Source of the DNA: an uncultured Gemmataceae bacterium
Lineage (GTDB): Bacteria > Planctomycetota > Planctomycetia > Gemmatales > Gemmataceae
Length of the DNA: 64,000 nt
Assembly: GCA_963750165.1 (NCBI GenBank)
Contig: CAVVPN010000011.1
Coordinates: forward strand, 352,001-416,000
Direction: 5' to 3'
The position numbers were made by a program, and so were the translations under genes. Position 1 is the stretch's first letter, and the number at the start of each line of letters is the position of its first letter. A model generated the notes under the pieces. That model did no database searches. It saw nothing but the letters and a program-made list of their open reading frames with translations, and was not told where the DNA came from. This document shows, in pieces, positions 20,161 through 29,646 of the stretch.

Positions 20161-23100
20161 ATGAACATGCGTGGTGTCTGGCTGCTGGGACTGGTCGCCT
20201 TTGGCGGGCTGCTGACGTTCGTCTCCGCCACCCAGGCTCCCGCTGACCGGCAGCCTGAGCAGGCTGTCGCCGAACCACCGCACGACCTCATCCTGACCGT
20301 GGACGTGTCGCTCAGCATGATTATGGACTGGACCGAAGGCACGCGCACCTTTCCCGCCAGCGACCGCGAGGGCATGCGCTGGGATGGCTTGCAGTTCGCG
20401 GTGGACGTGGCCCGGCCGCAGGACCGCGTCGCTCTCGTGCTCTACCGCGCCGAGAACATCATCCTCAGCAAATTCATCGACGACACCGGCTTCGTCGGCC
20501 TGGCGCAGAAGTATCCGAAGTTCGGCAACCGCACCGGCCGCGAACTGCTGACTGCGCTCATCACAGAGATGCAGCAGCAGGAGGACAGCTGGGGCAAAAA
20601 GCTCAAGCAACTGCGCGACGCCAACCAGCCCATCACGAAGGACACCTTCAGCACGCTCACCTTCGCCTTGCTGAAGGACGGGCCGGGCGCCTCCGTCAGC
20701 CTGCCGCACGGCACCGCGTCGCTGCTGGCCCTGAAGACGGTCGAGAAGGACCTGTTGCCGCAGGTGCGGCCGGGGGCGCAGGCGTGGACGTTCCTGTTCA
20801 CCGATGGCGTCGAGGTCGGCCCGAATCGACCCGGCCAGCGGTTCCCGGCCGCGGCCTACGCCTACATCAAGGAGCGCGAGGGCCTGAGCGGGCCAAGGCT
20901 GCGGCACTGGGTCGATCCGTGGGTGAAGCAGTTCCGGGCGCGCGGCGCGCCCGTGTTCACCTTCGCCCTGGGCGACGACTGCGACCGGCCGCTGCTGCGT
21001 GCCCTCGCCCAGCAATCGAGCACCGCCGGGCCGCAGGGTCGCGCCGCCGCCAGCTACGAACTGCAGAACAACGTCCAGCTGCTTGGCACGCTACAGCACA
21101 TCCTCTGGGAACTGCGCGAATACTGGATGCGGCCGCTGGAGCCCGACCGTCGCGACCAGCGCCAGGAATTATTTTCGACGCCCAGGGTGCAAATCTGGCA
21201 CGACCTGGGCGTCCTGCTCTACCGCCAGGCGGCCGACGGCCGCGCTCGCGCCCCGCTCGACGCCGACATGCGGCCGCCGCGCCTCGGCGACCGCGAACTG
21301 GACGGGCTACGGCCGCTGAAAAGCCGGTCGCACTGGTATTACCACCTTTCGCCCTCGGCGAAGGACGCGAAGCAGGCGGGGCTGGCGGGCGAACTGGAAT
21401 TCGAGGTGCGGCATTCGGCGAAGGGCGAGAAGTATGTCACCCGCGCCGTGGCCGCGTTTCGCACACAGCAGTCGCTGTTCCACTTCCGCGCGCCAGCGGC
21501 CGGCGGCAAGCCCTACACGCCGCGCGACGCCATCCCCTTTGTGGTCGAGTTCACGCCCTATGCGGTCATGGACGGCGACAAGCGTGCGGTGCCGTTCCAG
21601 GTTGCCGACTTCGACGTGGAGGCGACCTTCGCGCCGGCGGCCAGGCCGGGGGCCAAGGCACGCACCTTCAAGCTGTCGCTGCAACCGTTGGCCGACCCAC
21701 CAGACGACGCCCGGCTGGCGCCGCGACAGTTCCGCGCCGAACTGATCCTGGACAGCAACGCAAAATCCGCCGGGCGGCCGGGCCTGACCGGCGCGTATGA
21801 CGTGGACGTGCTCATCACGGGCATCAAGGGGCCGCTCGCCGGTGCCCGGCGGCAGCTGCTGCGGCGGACGCTGGAGGTCGCGCCCTACCCGACGCTGACG
21901 GTCCCCCAAAAAATCGTCCTGACCAACGACGGGCCAGACACGGCGCGGGCGGTCGTGCCGCTGACGTTTGACCAGCGCACCGACCCAGCCGGCGTCGTCA
22001 CGGACGTGACGGTCGAACTGACGCGCGGGCCGATTGCCCGCAAGGATGAGGTCAAGCCGGGGTTGTTTCAACTCGGGCCGCGGTCGCTGCAGGTGCAGGG
22101 CAAACAAGGGAAATTCACCCTGGAACTGGCCGCCGCGGCCTGGGCAAAGCTACCGCGCGCGAGTTCAAGAACGGTACGCTGGAGTTCCGCGTCCCCTGGC
22201 AGAGCGAGCCCCTCATCACGGAAGTGATCGTCCGCAAATCGCTCTACAAGCTCAGTGCCACGCCGGACGTGATCCGCCTGGACCTGTCCGCCCACGGCGC
22301 CGAACGGGCGCCCAAGGAAATCCAGGTGGTGCTGCAAACGCGCCTGGCCACGGCGGAGCCCGTCTGGCTCAGCGCTACCGATGGCGCCGACCGCGAACAG
22401 CCCGAGCAGCTCACCTTCACACAGGTGGCCGATGACAGGGGCGTGCCGATCAAGGGCACTGGCAAGGCGGTCAAGTTCCGCTGCGAGGGCCTGGGCAAGC
22501 CGCAGGCGGTCAAGGGTAGCGGCCAGCCCGACCGGGCGGCCCTCAGCTTCGTCCTGAGCCACGACGGGCCGCTGGCGGCGGGCGTATATCAACGGCAGCT
22601 CTACCTCGTGGGCGACAGTGTGATTGCGACACCGGTGACGGTACACGTTGTCGCCAACCTGGTCACGGTGCGTTCGGACCGCGCCGCCGTGCCGCTCGAT
22701 GAGGTGTACTTGCTCGGCCTGGCCGGCGCGGACGTGCGGCAGACGCTCCAGTTGCAAACGGGCCTCGGGGCGAAGGTCAAGGCCGTGCGCGCCGTCGGGG
22801 ACTGGCCGCGGCTGAAGAACATCTCGGCCGGCGGCTGGGACGAGTTGACGCTGACCGGCTCCGCCAACCCGGACGCGCCCGACCAGCTGACCGTGGGCCT
22901 GAAAGTGCCGCTGTGTGTCCAGGAAGGCCGCTACCGCGGGACGGTGCAGTTGCAGGTCAACGCGGCGGAGGCAGGCCAGGCGGAGCGGCCCTTGCTGGTC
23001 AGTCTGCCGGTGTACCTGGAGGTGCGGCACACGGGCGTGCGCTTCCAGCGCGGCGGCCTTGACTTCAAGGAACCGCTGCGGCTGGCGTCCGAGCCGGGTG

Positions 23101-24802
23101 ATGCGTGCGCCCCGTTCGTCACCGCGGATTTCCAGCTGGTCACCGATGCGCAGAAGGCGCCGGTGCGCTGGCGGGTTGAGCGAGTGGCGCCGGCGGCCGG
23201 ATTCGGGAAGGCGCTGCCGGCCGACGACGGCCGCGTGGACGTACTGTTCAAGGACCGCTCTGTGCTCGGCAAGGCGGCCAGCGAACCGATCCGCCACGAC
23301 CACCCCGCGTCGCTGACGGTCAAGGTGTCGCGCCACGGATTGGAACCGGGCTGGTATCGAACCGTGCTGCGCTTCCACTCGGGCGAGGATCACGCGAAGG
23401 CGGCGGAGGGAGCGCCGATTGATTTGCCCCTGGAAATCCTGATGCCCGGCCGCGTGCTGGTCAACGCGATGCTCAAGGGTCCGACACCGCTCGGCAGCGA
23501 GTGCGAGTTGCAATGCACCCTCCTGTGTTATGGCTGCGACCCCGCGCCGGGCGCAGTGACGCTGACCAGCGCCGCGGAAGCCCCGCTCGCCAAACCACTC
23601 GCCGTCGGTGAACCGCTCCGCTCCGAGGCCGACAAACACGTTCCCGGCCTGGTGCGGCACCACTACCGCGTCGCCGTGAAGCCGCCGCGTCCCGGCAAGA
23701 ACCACTACGAACTGTCCTGGCCCTCCCTCTGCCCCGGTCGGCCCGCGACCACGCTCACCGTCGCCGTCGAAACCCTGAGCCGCCTGGATGTCAGCCCGAC
23801 CACCCCGTTCGTCGATGAGGAGGTGACCCTCCGCGCCCACGTCGATCCGGCGCTGGCCCCGGAGTCAGGCCGGCCGCTGATCCTGCGCGCGTGCCGCGCG
23901 GTGACAATGGGCTGTCACCATTCGACATCGAACTGTTCGACGACGGCCATGTGGACCATGCCGACGTGCAGGCCGGCGACGGCGTGTACTCCGGCCGGCA
24001 CCGCTTCAAGCAAGCGGGCGCGTATGACCTGTACTTCCCCGCGGCCGGTGGCGGCGCGGCGGTCAAGCCGGTGCCGATCCGTGTCGGCTTCGAGTTCCAC
24101 TGCCCCGAGAAGTTCGGCCCGATCGAGTACGGCGGCGGTCAGCTGCAACAGTGGTTTTACCTGACCGAAGCGCTGTCCGAGCCGCAGGCGATCCACCTGG
24201 CCAACCGCGAGCCGTTCACGTGCCGCTGGCGAGCGCGGCTGCTGTTCCCGCTTGCACCTGGAGCCCGCGCTAGCCCCACCGACCCGACCGCCGATCCGCA
24301 AAAACACCTGGACGTGCGTCTGACCGGCCCGACCGCGGCGAACGCGGATGGTTGGCTCAGCGGCACGCTGCGGCCCGATGAGGAGCTGGACCTGGGGCTG
24401 GACGGCGGACTGTCCGAGGCGGCGCGCGCGGCCGTGGCAACGGGCGGCGACCACCCGACGCTGGGCCAGGACAACGGCATGATCCTGGAAATGGAACTGG
24501 TGTGGGTCGATGAGGGGGGCAACATCCAGGGCCGCCGCGAGCTACGGATGCCGGTCACGGTGGCGACGCGCTACTGGGTCTGGAACGCCAAGCCGTGGCT
24601 GGCCGGCAGCGTGGTGCTGATCGGGGCAATCATCGGTTGGCGCGGCCTGGCCCGGTGGCGGCGCCGCCGGCGCATGCGCCGCGCCCTGCCCCCACCGCCC
24701 GCCACGGCAGCACCGGTCCCAGAGGCGCCACGGCGCCGGGAGCCGGCCGCGCCGCCCGTGATTGCGGATGATGACGACCTGTTACCGGAGCCTTACCGCT
24801 AG
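20161..24802 (+). CDS. Large membrane-anchored VWA-domain surface protein (~1,545 aa); frameshifts near 22159 and 23889
   Basis: Signal peptide; MIDAS DVSLSM and FLFTDG; beta-rich middle; LFDDG..D..AGDGVYSG motif; C-terminal TM followed by an Arg run; three ORFs join with continuous coding-like sequence. Confidence 0.75.
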
Positions 24803-25022
24803 CGCGGTTCGCAGTTGGGTGTAGCGGAAGTCGCCAGACTTCCGTCCGGTGCTGCTCGGAAGTCTGGCGACTTCCGCTACACCCATTCGCAATCTGCAAT
24901 AGTGGTGCGTCACTCCTCCAGTTTCGGGTGGCACGGCTCTCCAGAGCCGTGGCCGACACGGCTCTGGAGAGCCTTGCCACCCGAAAACCAAGCGGTGACT
25001 GACCACTAGCGCGGTTCGCAGT
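24799..25022. repeat. Two REP doublets bounded by a 17-bp direct repeat
   Basis: CTAGCGCGGTTCGCAGT at 24799 and 25006; perfect 29-bp IR 24816-24844/24857-24885; 30-bp IR 24922-24951/24957-24986 (1 mismatch). Confidence 0.85.
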
Positions 25023-25064
25023 GGCGTGACCACGAACGGCAGGCCGGCGCTGCCAGGCGCCGCT

Positions 25065-25250
25065 TCTCGACGTATGAAAAAGTTGGCGTCCTTGGCGTCC
25101 TTGGCGTCCTTGCTGTGGCAACCGCCGCCGGTGGTGGTCGCGCCGTGCCACCCCTACGGAACCAGGACGCCGAATCTCGACGTGTGAAAAAGTTGGCCCC
25201 CTTGGCCTCCTTGGCCCCCTTGCTGTGGCAGTGCAGGCCGCTGGTGGTCA
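25065..25250. repeat. Tandem duplication (110-bp period) with 9-mer microrepeats
   Basis: TCTCGACGTRTGAAAAAG, three TTGGCSYCC 9-mers, then TTGCTGTGGCA; units start at 25065 and 25175. Confidence 0.8.
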
Positions 25251-25366
25251 GCCCGTGCCCGCCCCCCTCGTGTGCAAACCGTGCGTGAAACGCTCTGGAC
25301 CGCAAGCGGCAGAAAGACGGGAGGACGCGCCCCAACTGCTACTCTGTCGCTCACGGCCTGGCGCAC

Positions 25367-25411
25367 AAAAACCCTCCCGCGACTCGCAATTTTGCGAGCG
25401 CCGGGAGGGTT
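25367..25411 (-). terminator. Intrinsic terminator of the PPC-domain gene
   Basis: AACCCTCCCG..CTCGCAA/TTGCGAG..CGGGAGGGTT hairpin with a T run on the minus strand, about 35 nt after the stop. Confidence 0.6.
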
Positions 25412-25447
25412 GCGGTGCGCCAAACCGCCAGCGGCGGGACTGCAAAT

Positions 25448-28021
25448 TCACTTCGTCACGTTGACCGTGAGCTTCGACTCCTGCGTGACGGGCATGCCGC
25501 CGATCATCGTCGTGGCACGCACGCTGGCGTTGATCGTCCCGGCGCTGGCCTGGGGCGTCGCAGTCACGACCAGCACCGCCTCATTCTGCCCGGCGGCCAC
25601 GCGGACCGGCTCGGCCCGCACGCCCTTGGCCTCCTTCGGCAGCACCAGCTCCAGCTTGTATTCGCCGCCGAGGTCGCTGGTCCGCGCCAGTTTGATCTTG
25701 ACCTCCGCCTTCTGGCCAGCCTTGACCTTCACGTTCTGCGATGACAGCCCCATCTTCAGAATCTGCTTCGGCAGCACGATGATGGTGATCGGCGTCGCCG
25801 GCTGCACGATGGTCAGCGCCTTCTTGACGTTCGGCATGCTCTTGGTCGGCGTCAACTGTACCTGGCCGCGCAACACCACCGTGTAGACGCCCGGCTGCGT
25901 GTTGTTCTTGACGCCCAGGGTGGCCACGGCGGTGTCCTTGCCGGCGGGGATGCTCACGTTGGTGAACGTCACCGGTTGCTGCTGTTGCTGCTGCGGCGTC
26001 AAGCCGGTGTTCACCTGCACCGCCCCGGTCAGCTCCGGCCAAAAGCGCTGCAACTTCAGCGACACCTTCAGCTGTTCACCGGCCCGGGCGACGAATTTGC
26101 TTTTCGCCACCTGCAGGTTGAACGGTCCGCGCTCGCGCACCGCCAGCACCAGCTCGCGGTCCATGCGGCTCAGACTCGGGATGTTCTGCACGTTCGCCGG
26201 CAGCGCCCATGTGGCCGTCGCCGGCCGCACCTCCTGCGTCACCTGCCGGCCGTCCACTTTCGCGCTCGCCAGCAGCCGGATCGCGCCGGTCCACAGCGGC
26301 GCGTCGTCGGCGGCGCTGACGACCACGACGCTCAGCTTGCTGCCGGCCGGCAGCACCTGCGGCGGCAGCGTCACACCCGCCGGCAGGTTGTCGCCAGTGA
26401 CGGTGATGTCGCCGTCCCAGCCGTCCAACCGCCAGATGTAGAGCGTGAACGCCTGCTGGCCGCTGCGGCGCACGATGGCCGCGTCGGGGCTGGCGCCGCC
26501 GGGCGGCACCGCCACGACGTGGAAGCCGTGCTGCTCCGGCGTCAGCCGTAGCCGGTAGTAGTACCGCGGCCCCGCCTGCAGGTAGGCGTCGCGGCTGGTG
26601 ACCAGCACCCGATAGTCGCCGTCTGCCGGGGCCACGAAACGGTAGCGCGGCGGGTCGTCGGTGCGCGAGTAGAAGTGGTTGCTCATCACCTCCGGCGTGT
26701 CGTCCAGATCCACCACAGTCCCGCCGCTGGCGCTGCGCACCGCCAGCGACAGGTCGTGCGGCGCCCCGAGACGGTCGCCGTAGAGTTCGATCATGACGAC
26801 CTGGCCCTTCTTCGCGCTGAAGGCGTACCAGTCGCGGTCGCCCTTCTTCTCGATGTGGCCGGCGACCTCACACGGCAGCGTCAGCCGTTGGGCGGTCAGT
26901 GCCGTGTCGTTGGCCTCGTTGTCGAGCACCACCGGGGCGCGGGCGTAGGTCAGCAGGAACGGGTTCGACGAGCCGGAAGCGTTGCGCAGCCGCACCTCGA
27001 AGCCGTCGAGCATGGAGGCGTTGGGCGGCAAATGGCCGCTGAAGGCGAGGCGGCTGGTCTGCTTCGGGTCGGCCGGCGGCGTGACGCGGTAGGTGACGCG
27101 GTCCAGCACGCGGCCGTCCACGACCGCTTTCGGGTCCGGTTGGCCGCCGGGCAGGTTGCGGCCATAAACCGTCACGTCGGTCGCCTTGCCGGGTTCGACC
27201 ACGCACGGGTGGATGGCGTCGATCCACGGCGCCGTGCTGACAGTCAGCCGGTAGAAGTGGTCCGGCCCCGACTGCGTGTAACCGAAGCTGCACACGCGCA
27301 CGTCGTAGTCGCCGTCGGCTGGCAGCAGCACGTCGCACAGGGCGTCGTTATGGAAATAGTTGCGGTTGGCCGCCAGTTCCTTGTCGCCGTGGAAGACCCG
27401 CACGGACGCCGGCAGCCGGCTGTCGATGCTGGTGGTCAGGCAGCTGACAACGACGCGCTGGCCGCGTTTGCCGGCGAAGCGGAAGTAGTCCACGTCGGTC
27501 GGCGACGCGATGATGCCGCTGACCGAACTGTTCAACTCGATGCGCTGGGCAGAAATCACGTCGTTGTTGGGCTCTTTCTCGACGGCCTCCTTGCCATCGC
27601 CGACGACAAAGGCCCGCGGATTGCTGACGCCGTATTTGGTGACGACGCGCACGTCCTGAATGCCCGGCGGCGCCGCGGCGGGCAGTGTGACCTTGAAGCG
27701 GAAGCTGTTGGCCGCCGGTGCCTGCATGCCGCCCTTCTTCTTCTTCGGGTTGGGGTTAATCATCGGTCCGGTGGCGGCTCCGAGCGGTTCGACGCGGACG
27801 CCGGGGAAGTTGAAGTGCAGTGTCTGCGGCTCATCGAGTTCCTGGCCGGTGACGACGACTTCTTGCGTGGCGCCCTGCTGGCCGCCGCAGGGCAGGACCA
27901 GCAGCAGGCGCGGCGCCGGTAGGCCGGGCGGGGCCGGCGGTTGGGCGGGCAGGGCCGTGGGCGTCAGCAGCAGGACAAGGCCCGCGAGCAAAACCAGGGG
28001 CGGCGAAAGGTGGGAACGCAT
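25448..28021 (-). CDS. Secreted pre-peptidase C-terminal (PPC) domain protein, planctomycete type
   Basis: Signal peptide; PCGGQQG, GVSNPRAFVVG, EKEPNND, DVDYFRF, GDRDWYAF, APADGDYRV repeated modules. Confidence 0.85.
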   Translation of the reverse strand: MRSHLSPPLVLLAGLVLLLTPTALPAQPPAPPGLPAPRLLLVLPCGGQQGATQEVVVTGQELDEPQTLHFNFPGVRVEPLGAATGPMINPNPKKKKGGMQAPAANSFRFKVTLPAAAPPGIQDVRVVTKYGVSNPRAFVVGDGKEAVEKEPNNDVISAQRIELNSSVSGIIASPTDVDYFRFAGKRGQRVVVSCLTTSIDSRLPASVRVFHGDKELAANRNYFHNDALCDVLLPADGDYDVRVCSFGYTQSGPDHFYRLTVSTAPWIDAIHPCVVEPGKATDVTVYGRNLPGGQPDPKAVVDGRVLDRVTYRVTPPADPKQTSRLAFSGHLPPNASMLDGFEVRLRNASGSSNPFLLTYARAPVVLDNEANDTALTAQRLTLPCEVAGHIEKKGDRDWYAFSAKKGQVVMIELYGDRLGAPHDLSLAVRSASGGTVVDLDDTPEVMSNHFYSRTDDPPRYRFVAPADGDYRVLVTSRDAYLQAGPRYYYRLRLTPEQHGFHVVAVPPGGASPDAAIVRRSGQQAFTLYIWRLDGWDGDITVTGDNLPAGVTLPPQVLPAGSKLSVVVVSAADDAPLWTGAIRLLASAKVDGRQVTQEVRPATATWALPANVQNIPSLSRMDRELVLAVRERGPFNLQVAKSKFVARAGEQLKVSLKLQRFWPELTGAVQVNTGLTPQQQQQQPVTFTNVSIPAGKDTAVATLGVKNNTQPGVYTVVLRGQVQLTPTKSMPNVKKALTIVQPATPITIIVLPKQILKMGLSSQNVKVKAGQKAEVKIKLARTSDLGGEYKLELVLPKEAKGVRAEPVRVAAGQNEAVLVVTATPQASAGTINASVRATTMIGGMPVTQESKLTVNVTK

Positions 28022-28145
28022 GGAGACCCCCCGAAACAAGGCGTGATGGAAAGCGGTTATACCCCCCAGGGTAGCGGAGGCAGCGCTGCCGCGGCAAGGA
28101 CAAAAACGCCAGCGGTGCCGCAATCGGTCTTTCTGCCTCTTCTTC

Positions 28146-28168
28146 GTGGGGCAGACATTCCTGTCTGC
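28146..28168. repeat. REP-like palindrome (GTGGG-GCAGACA-TTCC-TGTCTGC)
   Basis: 7-bp stem preceded by GTGG in an intergenic position. Confidence 0.5.
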
Positions 28169-28414
28169 TGCTTCGGGCCGCTCGGCGCCACCGCCGTCGG
28201 CCCGAACTCGATCTTCCAGGTCCAGGCCGCCTGCAGCGTGCGCATGGTCACCAGCAGCGTGAGCCCGACCACCTGGTGGTACGCCTGCACGCCCGCCGGC
28301 CGCTCTTGTCGCGCCCCACCCACCTCATAAGATCAATTGCATCAGCCGTTCTCGTCCCGTCCGCTCCTTTTCGGCTACCCGCGTCCCGGGCGACGCATCT
28401 CCCAGGAGGAACCC

Positions 28415-29572
28415 ATGACGCCGCTACGCTACACGTTACCGCTACTGGGGCTGTGCCTGGCGGCGCTGCTGCCGGCCGGCTGCGGCCCGCACGACCAGCA
28501 CGACGACGCCCGCGACGCCCTCCGCGTCACCGTCGCCGCGCCGCTCGTGCAAGAGGTGCCCAACTACCAGTACTACACCGGCAACACCAAGGCGGTCAAC
28601 AGTGTGGACATCCGCGCCCGGGTTAGCGGTTACCTCGACAAGGTGTTTATCAAGGAGGGTCAGCTGGTCGAGGAGGGCCAGAAGCTCTTCGAGATCGACC
28701 GCCGGCCCTACCAGGCGCTGTTCGACAAGGCCGACGCCGAGCTCACCCGCACCAGGGCGTCGGACAACACCGCCAGGCTCACGCTGGCCCGCGAAGAAAA
28801 ACTCATGGCCACCAAGGGCGCCACCAGCAAGAAGGATTACGACGACGCCGTCGGCCGCAAGGGCGAGGCCGCCGCCGCCGTCGGGGCCGCCGAGGCGTCC
28901 CTGCGCGAGGCCAAGCTCAACCTCGACTTCACCATCGTCCTCTCGCCCATCAAGGGCCGCATGCGCCTGTACGCCACCACCCAGGGCAACCTGGTCGAGA
29001 AGGACAAAACCGTCCTGACGACCATCGTGTCCTACGACCCCATGTACGCTTACTTCCCCATCGACGAGAACTCGATGCTGTACGTCAAGAAGCTGATTAG
29101 CGAGGGCAAGTTCAAGGGGACGACCGATGGCGGCGTCGTGCCGGTCGAGATGCAACTGGCCGACCAGCACAACTACCCCTATAAGGGCGTCCTCAACTTC
29201 GTGGACCCGGAACTCGATCCCAAGACCGGCACGCTGCAGCTGCGCGGCCGCTTCGATAACAAAAACGGGGCGCTGCAACCGGGCCTGTTCTGCAAGGTGC
29301 GCTGCTCCCTGGGCGAGCCGGCCAAAAAGTTCCTGGTGAGCGATCGGGCGCTGGTGTCGCAGCAGGGCAAGAAATACCTGTACATTGTCGATAAGAGCAA
29401 CCTCGTGCAGAGTCTGCCCGTGGTCGTGGGCACGCTGGTCAATGGCCTGCGCGTCATCGAGGAAGGGGTGACCGGCGACGAGCGTGTCATCGTCAACGGC
29501 CTTCAGATGGTGCGCCCCGGCCTGACCGTCGATCCCGTGCCGGGCAAGATGGAGCGCGAACCGGGGCAGTAG
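28415..29572 (+). CDS. RND efflux periplasmic adaptor (AcrA/MexE-like lipoprotein)
   Basis: AGGAGG RBS, lipobox PAGC, IRARVSGYL, FEIDRRPYQA, DPKTGTLQLRG. Confidence 0.92.
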   Translation: MTPLRYTLPLLGLCLAALLPAGCGPHDQHDDARDALRVTVAAPLVQEVPNYQYYTGNTKAVNSVDIRARVSGYLDKVFIKEGQLVEEGQKLFEIDRRPYQALFDKADAELTRTRASDNTARLTLAREEKLMATKGATSKKDYDDAVGRKGEAAAAVGAAEASLREAKLNLDFTIVLSPIKGRMRLYATTQGNLVEKDKTVLTTIVSYDPMYAYFPIDENSMLYVKKLISEGKFKGTTDGGVVPVEMQLADQHNYPYKGVLNFVDPELDPKTGTLQLRGRFDNKNGALQPGLFCKVRCSLGEPAKKFLVSDRALVSQQGKKYLYIVDKSNLVQSLPVVVGTLVNGLRVIEEGVTGDERVIVNGLQMVRPGLTVDPVPGKMEREPGQ

Positions 29573-29646
29573 GTCGCCCTGTTCACCGCCCGCGCCCTTC
29601 TGTCCGCGGCTTGCCGCTTCACGCTTCCCCCTGGAGGACCGCCGCC

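Noticed and set aside
25065..25250. CRISPR array
   Set aside because: Only two units, internal microrepeats, partly similar 'spacers', and no cas genes.
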